From: Bdellovibrio sp.
GTDB lineage: Bacteria; Bdellovibrionota; Bdellovibrionia; Bdellovibrionales; Bdellovibrionaceae
Length of the DNA: 64,000 bases
Assembly: GCA_036676395.1 (NCBI GenBank)
Contig: JAKFCY010000003.1
Location: 288,001-352,000 of the forward strand
Direction of reading: 5' to 3'
Position 1 is the first letter of the stretch; each line of letters starts with the position of its first letter. A program made the position numbers and the translations under genes. Of this stretch, positions 1 to 9,734 are shown piece after piece. The notes under the pieces were generated by a model. The model saw nothing but the letters and a program-made list of their open reading frames with translations. It did not search any database and was not told where the DNA came from.

Positions 1-1
1 A

Positions 2-133
2 GGAACTATCCGCGCTAAGCACGGTGATTCTATGGGTGAAAATGCAGTTCACGGTTCTGATTCAGTAGCTTCTGCTGAACGTGAATTAGCGATTTTCTTC
101 GATAAACACGAATTAGCTAACTTAAACATGTAA
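2..133 (+). CDS. ndk: Nucleoside diphosphate kinase, C-terminal part (truncated by window)
   Basis: Manual translation [33 protein letters not shown] contains the NxxHGSDS catalytic-His motif; stop TAA at 131-133. Confidence 0.95.
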   Translation, partial: GTIRAKHGDSMGENAVHGSDSVASAERELAIFFDKHELANLNM

Positions 134-138
134 TTTAA

Positions 139-1344
139 ATGAAGAGACAGGATCAAAAAAATCCTATTTCTAAGAAAAGGGACTCTGAATTAGAGTCCCT
201 TTTACATTCTGAACATACCATCACAATTGAAAAATTAGCGGTGGGTGGTTCAGGCATTGGTCGTATTGATTATCAGGATAAAAAATTAGTCGTTTTTATT
301 CCGAAATCTGCCCCTGAAGACCAAGTTCGCGTACGTATTACTCATGTCGAAAAAAACTTTCTTAACGGCGAAATCGTTCAGATTTTAACGCCTAGCCCGT
401 ACCGACGTGAAGCGCCCTGCCCGTACTTTAAAGACTGTGGCGGCTGTTCTTGGCAGCACATTGATGAAAAACATCAAATCACACAAAAAGAATTAATCTT
501 AACTGACCTTTTTAAAAAGTTTTTGCCTGAGCAAAAATATGAATTGTTGCCTTCAGTTGTTGGTGAACAAAAGTTTGAGTATCGCAATCGCATCCAACTT
601 AAACAATTCGGCAAACAACTGGGCTATTTTAAGCCAGAATCCCATGATTTAGTCGATATTGAAGACTGCCTGATCGCCGAAAAGCCTTTACGTGACTGGC
701 TAAAGACAAATAAATCAAAAATTCGCCCTAGCGATAAATTGCGTAAGCATGAATTAAAAATAAATGCTGATGGTAAGGTCGAATTTTACCCGATCGGTGC
801 ACAAAGCGAAGGTTTATCGTTCTCACAGGTGAATCGCTTTGTGAATGCCACATTGGTCGGAACCACTGTTGAACTTGCTAAGACCACACAGGCAAAAACA
901 TTGACTGAATTTTATGCCGGAAGCGGAAATTTTACGTTCGCTTTAGGTCAGATTTCTAAGGATTTACAGATTGACGCAATCGAGCTAAACCCAGATCTGA
1001 CGCAAAAAGCAGTCGAACAAATTAAATTACAAAAGCTTCATAAACAAATCAGATTTTATACGACTAAATCCGAGTTATTTCCTCTACGCAACACGATGTC
1101 GTCCGATCTAATCATGTTAGATCCACCTCGCCAAGGCTGTGAAAAATCACTTTTAGTGAAAATCGCCGAGACAAAACCGAAGTTTTTACTATATATCAGC
1201 TGCCATCCGGTGTCGTTAGTGCGCGATCTTCAGGTTCTGAAACAAAATGGATTTAACTTCGAAATGCGCCATTTACAAATCTTCGATATGTTTCCGCAAA
1301 CTGATCATTTCGAAACTCTGTGCCTTCTTGAATTAGCTCACTGA
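139..1344 (+). CDS. TRAM-domain RNA (uracil-5)-methyltransferase, RlmD/TrmA family
   Basis: N-terminal TRAM domain, CPYFKDCGGC Fe-S motif, FSQVN, YAGSG, LDPPRQG, YISC, DMFPQTDHFE. Confidence 0.9.
   Translation: MKRQDQKNPISKKRDSELESLLHSEHTITIEKLAVGGSGIGRIDYQDKKLVVFIPKSAPEDQVRVRITHVEKNFLNGEIVQILTPSPYRREAPCPYFKDCGGCSWQHIDEKHQITQKELILTDLFKKFLPEQKYELLPSVVGEQKFEYRNRIQLKQFGKQLGYFKPESHDLVDIEDCLIAEKPLRDWLKTNKSKIRPSDKLRKHELKINADGKVEFYPIGAQSEGLSFSQVNRFVNATLVGTTVELAKTTQAKTLTEFYAGSGNFTFALGQISKDLQIDAIELNPDLTQKAVEQIKLQKLHKQIRFYTTKSELFPLRNTMSSDLIMLDPPRQGCEKSLLVKIAETKPKFLLYISCHPVSLVRDLQVLKQNGFNFEMRHLQIFDMFPQTDHFETLCLLELAH
175..203 (+). terminator. Intrinsic terminator-like hairpin downstream of ndk, inside the 5' end of the next ORF
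   Basis: Perfect 12-bp inverted repeat AAAAGGGACTCT-gaatt-AGAGTCCCTTTT. Confidence 0.7.
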
Positions 1345-1387
1345 AGTGTTGACTCAACTAAGCCTTAAAAGGCTTAATTAAAGGAGT

Positions 1388-2152
1388 ATGTTTTTACTTC
1401 GCCTGAGTCTCATCATCTTTTTGTTTTCATCGTGCAAATCGTTCTTTAGTAACGATCGCTCTGAAGAACGTGCGCAATTGCGTCAACAACTGGGCGTTTC
1501 GTACATGCAACAAGGCAACTACCCGTTGGCTTTAAAAGAATTATTAGCCGCCGAAGAATTAGATCCAGAAAATCCGCAAATCCAAAACAATTTAGGTCTG
1601 CTGTATTTCGTGCGTGATAAATTAGAACTTTCTGCCAAGCACTTTGCGCGCGCTTATGAATTAGATAAAAAATTTACCGATGCAAAAAATAATTTGGCTC
1701 GCGTCTACATCGAATTAAAACAATTTGCCATCGCTCAACGTCTACTTGAAGAAGTATTGGCAGATCTAACTTATCAATTTCAGATTAAAGCTGATATGAA
1801 TTACGGTTTATTAGAATTTAACCGTAGCCGGTTCAAAGAAGCTAAAAAGCATTTCAAAAAAGTTTTAATGCAAGATCGTGAAGATTGTTTTGCGCAAGTT
1901 TTTCTTGGACGTTCATTTTTAGAACTTAAAGAAAACAGAGCAGCCGTCGACCAATTAGAAAAGGCGACAACATTCTGCAAAATGGTCGGTATTGACGACG
2001 CTCATTACTTTTCAGCAATCGCTTTATACCGCACTGGCGATAAAGACCAATCTTTGGTTCGTTTTAAAGAACTTTTAAATTTATTTCCTCAAGCAAAATA
2101 TAGAGAACAATCAAAAAAAATGATCGACATCATTGAAAAAGGAACACTATGA
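1388..2152 (+). CDS. pilF: Type IV pilus biogenesis TPR lipoprotein (PilF/PilW/Tgl-like)
   Basis: Lipobox-like FSSC, TPR repeats (NNLGLLY, NNLARVY), position between ndk and rodZ. Confidence 0.75.
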   Translation: MFLLRLSLIIFLFSSCKSFFSNDRSEERAQLRQQLGVSYMQQGNYPLALKELLAAEELDPENPQIQNNLGLLYFVRDKLELSAKHFARAYELDKKFTDAKNNLARVYIELKQFAIAQRLLEEVLADLTYQFQIKADMNYGLLEFNRSRFKEAKKHFKKVLMQDREDCFAQVFLGRSFLELKENRAAVDQLEKATTFCKMVGIDDAHYFSAIALYRTGDKDQSLVRFKELLNLFPQAKYREQSKKMIDIIEKGTL

Positions 2153-3135
2153 AAATCACCGGCGAATTGCTGAAGTCAGAAAGAATCAAAAAAGACTTAT
2201 CCATTCAAGATGTAGCTTACGCATTAAAACTAAGCTCTCGCATTATTCAAGCTATCGAAAATGGCGACACCGATGAACTTCCTGCAAAAACTTTCGTACG
2301 TGGATTTGTTAAAAGTTATGCTGATTACTTAAAAATCGATAGCGATGTCGTATTAAAACAATTTCAAGAAGAAATGGGATCAACGCACCCGGTTCCAAAA
2401 ACTATCGCAGCGCCCGTTGGACAAACAACTGAAACTACAGCACCTATCCCTAATAGTTCAAAAGTAGCTTTCAGACAAAATGTTGAATCGATTAATGGTA
2501 AAAAAATGGAAGGTGGCTTAACGCAAAAGAATGTGATTTATTTTGCCGTAGTCACAAGTTTGGTAATCGTCATTGCCATCATTAATAAAGTTGCTAATCA
2601 TTATCAAAACGAAATACCGCAAGTCACCGACGCTTCTGCTGATGGCGTACCTGTTAACACAGAAGCCATCGTGGCTTCTTCTCCTTCAGTCGTATCGGCT
2701 GAAACAGTTCCTAACGATATCGTTAGTGCATTAAGTTCTTCTAGTACAATCACTGGTGGTGTTGATATCGAAGCTACTGCCACGGCATCTGCAGCGACGG
2801 TCGTGACTAGCACAAAACCGGCAATAGCCGCTTCTGCTGCAGCGACGGCACCAGTTAATAATCAACCGCAAAATACTGCGGCGACTGAAAAATCTAAAGG
2901 CCAATCTGTTGAAGTGCTTATTGAAGCCAAAAAAGATGCCTATATTGATTACGCTAAAGGTAATACTTCTGATTTTAAACGCTTAACTTTAAAAGCGAAC
3001 ACTTACCAAATTTTAAAATCAAAAGTAGGCTTACACCTGCGTGCTGCTGATGGCAGCGCCGTAAGCATTACTGTAAATGGTGTTAGTAAAGGACAAATGT
3101 CTAGCGCGAACAAGTTCGTCGAGATGACATTCTAA
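2149..3135 (+). CDS. rodZ: RodZ-like cytoskeletal/shape protein
   Basis: N-terminal HTH (GELLKSER...FVRGFVKSYADYL), single TM, Ala/Thr linker, C-terminal beta domain. Confidence 0.85.
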   Translation: MKITGELLKSERIKKDLSIQDVAYALKLSSRIIQAIENGDTDELPAKTFVRGFVKSYADYLKIDSDVVLKQFQEEMGSTHPVPKTIAAPVGQTTETTAPIPNSSKVAFRQNVESINGKKMEGGLTQKNVIYFAVVTSLVIVIAIINKVANHYQNEIPQVTDASADGVPVNTEAIVASSPSVVSAETVPNDIVSALSSSSTITGGVDIEATATASAATVVTSTKPAIAASAAATAPVNNQPQNTAATEKSKGQSVEVLIEAKKDAYIDYAKGNTSDFKRLTLKANTYQILKSKVGLHLRAADGSAVSITVNGVSKGQMSSANKFVEMTF

Positions 3136-3139
3136 TATA

Positions 3140-4468
3140 GTGTTACAAAAACGAATTCTTAACCTCCTTGCTATTGTCTTATTTATCAAGCTAGTTTTTG
3201 CATTGATTTTTCCATTAGTCGGTGACGAGGCTTATTACTGGTTCTGGGGTCAAAACTTACAGCTTAGTTATTTCGATCATCCTGGCATGGTGGCTTGGCT
3301 AGCCAGCTTAAGTGATTATTTGCCCATTACTCCCAAATGGGCGGCAACTCGTTTAGTATTCGTTGCTTTAAGTATGGTTACTTTTTATATCTGGCTAAAA
3401 GTTTTTATCCAGCACAGACAACACAGTAAGAATCTCTTACATGAATTAAATATTTTCACGATTTTCTTTATGTTAAATCCATTTCTGGGTTTAGGAAGTG
3501 TCTTAATTACCCCTGATGCTCCTTTATTGCTATTCTGGGGTTTATCTTCGTACTTTGTTTTAAAAATTCTTCGCGAACAAAAATCTGTGTATTACGCTTT
3601 ATTGGGAGTAAGTCTTGGATTGGGTTTTTGTTCGAAATACCATATCGTGCTTTTTCCATTAGTTACAATTGTGGCCCTGTACTTTGAAAAAAACCTTAAA
3701 GTTTTCTTTTCTAAAAAAACTCTGATCACAGTCCTGTTTGGATTATTGTTTTGTCTGCCTGTCTTGATTTGGAATTATCAAAATGATTTTGTGTCTTTTA
3801 AATTTCAAATTAATCATGGTTTAAATGAAGCAAGGCCTTACCAATTCTGGTGGACGTCGACTTATGTGCTAGGTCAGGTTTTACTGTTTAATCCGATTCT
3901 GGTGTTTGCATTGATTTTTAATTTTAAGAAATCACTCTTTAATATTAGTGCTTTAGCACAATGGGCATTTTTTCTTTACAGTTCTTTTAAAGCTAAAGTT
4001 GAAGCCAACTGGCCCCAGACTTCGCACGTTTTAGGTCTGATTGATTTAGATGTAACCCGTAAAAAAATTATTCGTTATTCGCTTTTATACTACGCTGTAA
4101 TCTGGCTGGCGATTCCGGTATTATTTTTTACTGATTTCGGTAAAAATAAAATCGCCCGATTACCGACCAGCCTAACTGTTAATGAAATAGCGCCAGAACT
4201 GCAAAAATACCAGCCTCTTTACGGTCCAACATTTCAGATGTCTTCTTTATTAACATTACTTACAGACATGCCTGTTTATAAATTACATGGTTTAAGCCGC
4301 TATGATTTTTTTGATTCACTGCCAGGGTCACATCCAACTGCAACGTCTTTCTATGTCTTAAAGTACACCTCTTCACCCTGGCCTCTGTTTTATGAAAACT
4401 ATAGCAAAATCAAAGTCTCAGAGTTTCCAAAATTTAATTTAGAAGTGTTCGAATTTCGCCATGAATAG
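3140..4468 (+). CDS. GT-C fold membrane glycosyltransferase (family 39/ArnT-like)
   Basis: DEAYYW, SYFDHP, TPD and SKY motifs; many TM segments. Confidence 0.85.
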   Translation: MLQKRILNLLAIVLFIKLVFALIFPLVGDEAYYWFWGQNLQLSYFDHPGMVAWLASLSDYLPITPKWAATRLVFVALSMVTFYIWLKVFIQHRQHSKNLLHELNIFTIFFMLNPFLGLGSVLITPDAPLLLFWGLSSYFVLKILREQKSVYYALLGVSLGLGFCSKYHIVLFPLVTIVALYFEKNLKVFFSKKTLITVLFGLLFCLPVLIWNYQNDFVSFKFQINHGLNEARPYQFWWTSTYVLGQVLLFNPILVFALIFNFKKSLFNISALAQWAFFLYSSFKAKVEANWPQTSHVLGLIDLDVTRKKIIRYSLLYYAVIWLAIPVLFFTDFGKNKIARLPTSLTVNEIAPELQKYQPLYGPTFQMSSLLTLLTDMPVYKLHGLSRYDFFDSLPGSHPTATSFYVLKYTSSPWPLFYENYSKIKVSEFPKFNLEVFEFRHE

Positions 4469-5642
4469 AATATTTTTAATTCTTACATTTCTATTAATTT
4501 CATTTGTCGTTTACGGCTTTTATATTTCACAATTCGAATTTCGCATTATTCCAATAACGGCAAAAAATGAAGGGCAAGCCACTTTCTTATATGATTACAA
4601 GATTGCTTTCGATGTTTATTCAAATCTATCTTCAGGCTCAGGAAGTGTACTTTCAATTGCAGAAGAAGCTAAAAAAGCACGCTTAGATTTTGTTTTGATC
4701 TCTGACACCAATAGTTTTTACGATCTGGATACCGATAAGTATTTATCGGATATCGGTATTTTATCAGGTGCCAAAGTTCTCGATGGCAAAAGATTATTTA
4801 TCTACTATTCGCCAACAGAAAAATCTTTCTTTCAAAAAACGTCTGCAGATTATGCCAATGATGATAAAGCTTTGATTATCGAATCACATCAGATCAATAC
4901 CCCTTACGAGCTGTCGCAATTAACTGAAAATAAATTCGACGGCATGGAAGTGCTAAATTTTAAAAGCATTGCACAAAAATCATGGATTGAATCTCGTATA
5001 TCTACTATGTGGAGTTTGCTGTATTACCCCTTCAATCCCCGGTTGGCGTTAACTCGGCTATACAAAGAGCCTTCTGCTGAAATTGCAGTTTTCGACCAGT
5101 TATCGCAGTTAAAAAAAGTTAACTTTTTTGTCGGTGCAGAAGCAACGGCGCGTGCGATTCCGTTTGCCGATTGGTTAATAAAATTTCCGAGCTATGAAAT
5201 GAGTTTCAATATCGCAAGTCAGCACGTTTTTTTGACTTCTGAACTTACTGGCGACATCAGTAACGATGCCCAAAAAATCTTGGCAGCCCTAAAGCGTGGC
5301 CATTCATATGTGGCTTTTGACGCTTTAGGCGATCCAACAGGTTTTGAAACTTATATTACAGAAAATCGTAAAAAGTTTTTTACCGGTGATGATATTGTTT
5401 TCACAAAAAATTTACGACTATATTATAAGCTACCTGCAGAACCGATTCCATTCTACGAAGTCGTTCTTTTTAAAAATGGTCAGCGTATAGATCATTTAAA
5501 TACTTTTGAAGGTTTGTTTGCGATTGATTCACCGGGTGTATATCGAATTCAAGTGCGCCTGAGCCCTACGTTTCCCCTACCTGATGCGACCAAGTGGATT
5601 ACCTGGGTTTATACCAATAATTTCTACGTTAATCCTCGCTAG
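4461..5642 (+). CDS. Membrane-anchored PHP-fold protein with degenerate metal ligands
   Basis: N-terminal TM; PHP-like pattern (LDFVLISD, FDGMEVLN, ILAALKRGHSYV), C-terminal GVYRIQV beta domain. Confidence 0.6.
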   Translation: MNRIFLILTFLLISFVVYGFYISQFEFRIIPITAKNEGQATFLYDYKIAFDVYSNLSSGSGSVLSIAEEAKKARLDFVLISDTNSFYDLDTDKYLSDIGILSGAKVLDGKRLFIYYSPTEKSFFQKTSADYANDDKALIIESHQINTPYELSQLTENKFDGMEVLNFKSIAQKSWIESRISTMWSLLYYPFNPRLALTRLYKEPSAEIAVFDQLSQLKKVNFFVGAEATARAIPFADWLIKFPSYEMSFNIASQHVFLTSELTGDISNDAQKILAALKRGHSYVAFDALGDPTGFETYITENRKKFFTGDDIVFTKNLRLYYKLPAEPIPFYEVVLFKNGQRIDHLNTFEGLFAIDSPGVYRIQVRLSPTFPLPDATKWITWVYTNNFYVNPR

Positions 5643-5985
5643 GATTAGCGATAATAATTTCGATATCAGTTGCTGGTGCTTCAGGAATTTCTACCTGGCA
5701 GGCTAATCTTTCATTATCTGCAAAACTTCTTTCATGTGCACGTTCAGCTTCTAATTCTTCGCGTGGCTTTAAAGTTTCAAGCCCTTTTGTCACGATAATT
5801 CGGCACGTTGTACAGCTGGCAAAACCGCCACACGACTGACTAATGCCAATTTTGTTAGCGTTTAACAAGTCCAATAAATTTTCTGTTTGTTTAAGTTCGA
5901 TTTCAGCAACAACGCCTAATTTCGCATCGTTGTATTTTAAAACTGTCAGTGTTTTTGTTGATACGCCCACACCTATATGTAACAT
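5629..5985 (-). CDS. 2Fe-2S ferredoxin (adrenodoxin/ISC type); start uncertain (ATG 5985 or GTG 5970)
   Basis: SCGGFASCTTC...RLACQ motif; the longer ORF overlaps the exonuclease gene. Confidence 0.85.
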   Translation of the reverse strand: MLHIGVGVSTKTLTVLKYNDAKLGVVAEIELKQTENLLDLLNANKIGISQSCGGFASCTTCRIIVTKGLETLKPREELEAERAHERSFADNERLACQVEIPEAPATDIEIIIANPSED

Positions 5986-5992
5986 ATATTGT

Positions 5993-6604
5993 ATGAGATT
6001 TATAGCTTTTGACTTAGAAACTACTGGAACTGTACCTGGCGTAGATAAAATTGTAGAAATCGGTGCCGTACTTATCGATAACGGCCAAGTAGAAGCCGTT
6101 TTTTCAACTTTAATTAATCCGTTAATTCCGATTCCGCCTGGAGCAACTGCGGTGAATAAAATCACTAATGAAATGGTTGCCGGCAAACCTTTAATCGAAG
6201 ACGTATTAAATTCATTCGCTGAATTTTGTGGTAACAATGTAATGGTGGCTCACAACGCGCCGTTTGACTGTCAGTTCTTAGTTGCAGATATCAAGCGATT
6301 TGAATCGTTAGCTCCACAAGGTGTTGTAGTAGATACATTACCAATGGCGCGCAAACTTATCCCTGGTTTAGCTAATTATAAATTAGGAACATTAGTTCAG
6401 CATTTCAAAGTTCAAGCTTCTGAATTTCATAGAGCCGAAGAAGATGCGACTTATTGCGGAATGGTTTTCTGGGAAATGGTTAAACGTTTATCAGTAGGTA
6501 ACCGCGCCCCACAAATTGAAAATTTAATTCAATTAACAGGCAAGACTGAATTCAAATTTCCACAAATCGAACGTCAGCCAAAACAAATGGGTTTCTTATT
6601 CTAA
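5993..6604 (+). CDS. DEDDh 3'-5' exonuclease (DnaQ-like)
   Basis: AFDLETTG, AHNAPFD, HRAEEDA; start reassigned to ATG 5993 (MRFIAFD). Confidence 0.9.
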   Translation: MRFIAFDLETTGTVPGVDKIVEIGAVLIDNGQVEAVFSTLINPLIPIPPGATAVNKITNEMVAGKPLIEDVLNSFAEFCGNNVMVAHNAPFDCQFLVADIKRFESLAPQGVVVDTLPMARKLIPGLANYKLGTLVQHFKVQASEFHRAEEDATYCGMVFWEMVKRLSVGNRAPQIENLIQLTGKTEFKFPQIERQPKQMGFLF

Positions 6605-8224
6605 TTACTCTTTAGCTTTGTGAGCGATCGGATAACGACGTCCACGCCCAAATGAATGCTCCGACATTTTTAAAATTGGCGGCGCCTGCCATCTTTTAAA
6701 TTCAGTTTTCATCAATTGTTTAATCAACCATTTTTCGGTTTCAGACTTAGCCTGTTTTTTCTTTTCAACAATATTTTGAACCGCTTTATCCAATAATTCA
6801 TACGCTGGCAGGCTGTCTTGGTCTTTTTGATCAGGACGTAATTCTGCACTTGGCGGCCTACGGATAATAAAATCTGGAATGATTTCAATTTCTTTATTGT
6901 AGTGTTCACAAAGATCTACGATTTGTTTTTTTGTTAAATCACCTAATGGCGCAAGCCCACCGCACATGTCTCCGTAAAGAGTCGCGTAGCCGGTGGCATA
7001 TTCTGATTTATTTCCCGTCGTTAATAATAAACTTCCGGTAAAGTTTGAATAAGCCATTAAAAACAAACCACGGATGCGTGATTGTAAATTTTCGTGCATT
7101 AGCCCAAATTGTGAAACTTCAAATTCTTCATCTAAAATCGTTTTGATAAATTCGAAGGTCGATTGAATAGAAATTGATTTTAATTCAGAACCTAAGTTTA
7201 AAGCTAATTGCCTAGCATAGGTCATGCTTAATTCAGCGTTGTACTGCGTGGGCAGCGCGAAGAGCTTAACATTGTTTGAACCAAATGCATCTACTGCAAG
7301 GGCCGCCACTAAAGCTGAATCAATACCGCCTGATAAACCTAAATGAACTTTATTAACACCAATTTTTTGGCCGTAATCTTTTAAGCCAAGAACTAATGCT
7401 TTTCTTAATTCTTCAGTCGGAGAATCAAACTTATGGCTTGGACTCCAAGTTTCTAAAGTGTTTAGATCAATCACGTTTGTGTCTTCGGCAAACGATTGCG
7501 CTTTAAATAAAATTTTATCTTTTGGTGAAACCAAGAAGCTTTGCCCATCGTAAACAATTTCATCCTGAGCGCCGACTAAATTTACATATAACAACGGAGC
7601 TTTAAAATACTTTGCAGTTTGTGTGGCTACAAACTGGCGTTTTTTAAATTTACCCGTGTGAAACGGCGAAGCGCTCATGTTGATAACTAAATCGATTTTC
7701 TTTTTAGGTACTTTTAATATTGGATTTTCAGCATAATCAGAGCCTTCTTTCGTTGGCCACGCCCACATATCTTCACAAATGGTTAAGAAAAATTTTTTCT
7801 TTCCTATTTGAAAGTAGTTTTGCTTCATATCACCTTGTTCAATAAAGCGGGCTTCATCAAATACATCACCTGTCGGCAGTAATTGTTTTCTGAATGTTTT
7901 AACGATTTTATTTTTCTTACATAAAAAGACCGAATTGAAATACGGGCGGCCTTTTTTGTTTTTGTTTTTTTCAAAACCACCCACGAGAACGTGCACGCCT
8001 GCTGGGATCGCTTTTAAAATTTGTTTTAAAGCTTTGTCTTGCTGGGTGATTAAAACTTCGCGTTCTAATAAATCAAATGGGTGATAACCAAAAAGCGAAG
8101 CTTCTGGAAATACAATGAGTTCCGCTTTTTTTTCAGCCAGGGTTTTAATATGGGAAATGATTTTTTCGGCGTTGTAACCGAAATCAGCTAGATTCGAATT
8201 AATTTGTGATAGGGCTATGCGCAT
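6605..8224 (-). CDS. nadE: Glutamine-dependent NAD+ synthetase
   Basis: Nitrilase domain (FPE, ICED) plus GLSGGIDS, TTGNKSE, PPSAELRPDQKD; start MRIALSQ at 8224. Confidence 0.95.
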   Translation of the reverse strand: MRIALSQINSNLADFGYNAEKIISHIKTLAEKKAELIVFPEASLFGYHPFDLLEREVLITQQDKALKQILKAIPAGVHVLVGGFEKNKNKKGRPYFNSVFLCKKNKIVKTFRKQLLPTGDVFDEARFIEQGDMKQNYFQIGKKKFFLTICEDMWAWPTKEGSDYAENPILKVPKKKIDLVINMSASPFHTGKFKKRQFVATQTAKYFKAPLLYVNLVGAQDEIVYDGQSFLVSPKDKILFKAQSFAEDTNVIDLNTLETWSPSHKFDSPTEELRKALVLGLKDYGQKIGVNKVHLGLSGGIDSALVAALAVDAFGSNNVKLFALPTQYNAELSMTYARQLALNLGSELKSISIQSTFEFIKTILDEEFEVSQFGLMHENLQSRIRGLFLMAYSNFTGSLLLTTGNKSEYATGYATLYGDMCGGLAPLGDLTKKQIVDLCEHYNKEIEIIPDFIIRRPPSAELRPDQKDQDSLPAYELLDKAVQNIVEKKKQAKSETEKWLIKQLMKTEFKRWQAPPILKMSEHSFGRGRRYPIAHKAKE

Positions 8225-8615
8225 GGTGATCCTCACATTGGGCAGCATCTTGTTCTGATATTAGAATACGCCCTGTGAAGCCATCTTGGTAGCCATGTTG
8301 AAACAAAATTTTTGTTTCAGGAAATTTCCAGCAAAAATAACCCGATCCGTTATCAAAATCAGCTAACCATAACCCCTTTGGGCGTAAGCCTAAGCGCTCA
8401 AGTTTGTTTTGCCATTTTTCAATGATTTGATTGATACGAGTCTGAAGATCGCGAGAAGCATCGTTGTGTTTATCTTGTAAGGCTTCTACACAGCCCATAA
8501 GATACTTCACTTCTTTGCTTGAATCTTCAGTAATACGGTAAACTAGGGGTAGAATTTCTTCTGCTTCCGCATATGTGAATAGTCTGTTTTTTTGAACGTT
8601 GAAAATCTCGATCAA
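8199..8615 (-). CDS. DUF2203-like conserved hypothetical protein
   Basis: FTYAEAEEILP, GLWLADF, CWKFPE, HGYQDGFTGR pattern. Confidence 0.75.
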   Translation of the reverse strand: MIEIFNVQKNRLFTYAEAEEILPLVYRITEDSSKEVKYLMGCVEALQDKHNDASRDLQTRINQIIEKWQNKLERLGLRPKGLWLADFDNGSGYFCWKFPETKILFQHGYQDGFTGRILISEQDAAQCEDHHAHSPITN

Positions 8616-8716
8616 TTTGTGTCCCCTGCCAGAAATTTATCTCTCTTTTATTTGCCATCTGAGATAAAGTTTCAACAAGGAAAACTGTGATTGTATATTA
8701 TATAATGACTAAAAAG

Positions 8717-9694
8717 TTAGCTGTCGGAATTCGAGTAATTCATGAGCTGTCCTCCGAAGAAAATAACCAGGGCCACAATAATACCGATAATCAAAAGCCA
8801 CTTCAGCATTTTACCAAATCCCCAGCTTGATTCTTTCGTTTCTTCTATTATGAATTTCTTCTCTGGTGGTGGCTTCACTAAGCCCGAGCGTGGACCACTT
8901 GAACCGCCACCATCGGCCTTAGCAATGGCTCTTGCAGTGACCTTACGTTTGTTCGTGCTGCGTGTAGATTGATTCAACAGCTGCTCTGCGTCTTGTCCTA
9001 ACAATTTGCGTGTACGCGAAGCGTCTCTGTAAATAATACGCGATTGACGGGGCCTGCGCTTACGACCGTTACCACCGGCTTCGTCGCCTTCGCTGTCATC
9101 TTCAATTAATCTAGAACGATTAGAACCTGCGCTAGCATAGCCATCTGCACCTCTGCGGCCCGATCGTTTGATCTGGCCTTCGTCATACGGAGAACTTCCG
9201 CTACCGCCGCCCTTACCTACAGCATCCTTATCTTTATCTGCACCGCCATCTTTGGAAGACTTACTGCTTGCGTTGTCGTTGGCATTCGATGAATCGTTAT
9301 CAGATTTTGATCCAGATTTACCTCCGCTATTTTGACTGGCTTGATTGCTGGTGCTGCCACCAACCGGCGGACGACCATCAGCAATTGTAAAGGGTTTAAA
9401 TCCTGATTCACATTTGTATCCAGAAGTTAAATGTTCTTTTAACCCACTGCCGTCACTAAAACTTGTCGACCCAGATACACCTAATGCAGGTAACTCGCCA
9501 TGCGCCATTAAACATTCAGTATACAAACCTAAATAATTATTTATGAAGGTGTTCATTCCAGTGAACGCACCTTTCATAATAACAATCAGACCCACTGCAA
9601 TTGATACAATTAAAATGTATTCGACGACGGCCTGGCCACTATTGCGACCACGCAAAATCGAACGTCTTGTTTTTACTTCTAGCTCTTGTTTCAC
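8717..9694 (-). CDS. Prepilin-motif (Flp/TadE-like) protein with low-complexity middle and C-terminal TM
   Basis: Basic leader then GQAVVEY-hydrophobic helix; Ser/Gly-rich linker; C-terminal hydrophobic helix. Confidence 0.6.
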   Translation of the reverse strand: MKQELEVKTRRSILRGRNSGQAVVEYILIVSIAVGLIVIMKGAFTGMNTFINNYLGLYTECLMAHGELPALGVSGSTSFSDGSGLKEHLTSGYKCESGFKPFTIADGRPPVGGSTSNQASQNSGGKSGSKSDNDSSNANDNASSKSSKDGGADKDKDAVGKGGGSGSSPYDEGQIKRSGRRGADGYASAGSNRSRLIEDDSEGDEAGGNGRKRRPRQSRIIYRDASRTRKLLGQDAEQLLNQSTRSTNKRKVTARAIAKADGGGSSGPRSGLVKPPPEKKFIIEETKESSWGFGKMLKWLLIIGIIVALVIFFGGQLMNYSNSDS

Positions 9695-9702
9695 CTATGA
9701 AC

Positions 9703-9729
9703 TTATCGGATGATTAGTTCAATTGGTGA
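9703..9729 (-). promoter_or_regulatory. Putative sigma28 (FliA) promoter of the pilin-like gene
   Basis: TCAC-N15-TCCGATAA on the minus strand versus consensus TAAA-N15-GCCGATAA. Confidence 0.5.
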
Positions 9730-9734
9730 AAAAT

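Noticed and set aside
1359..1376. Palindrome TAAGCCTT-AA-AAGGCTTA before pilF
   Set aside because: No U-tract and a 2-nt loop; cannot distinguish operator, terminator or chance
5843..6237. Long overlapping N-terminal extensions of the ferredoxin (to 6237) and exonuclease (from 5843) ORFs
   Set aside because: Each extension is the antisense of the other gene; family motifs begin near 5985 and 5993
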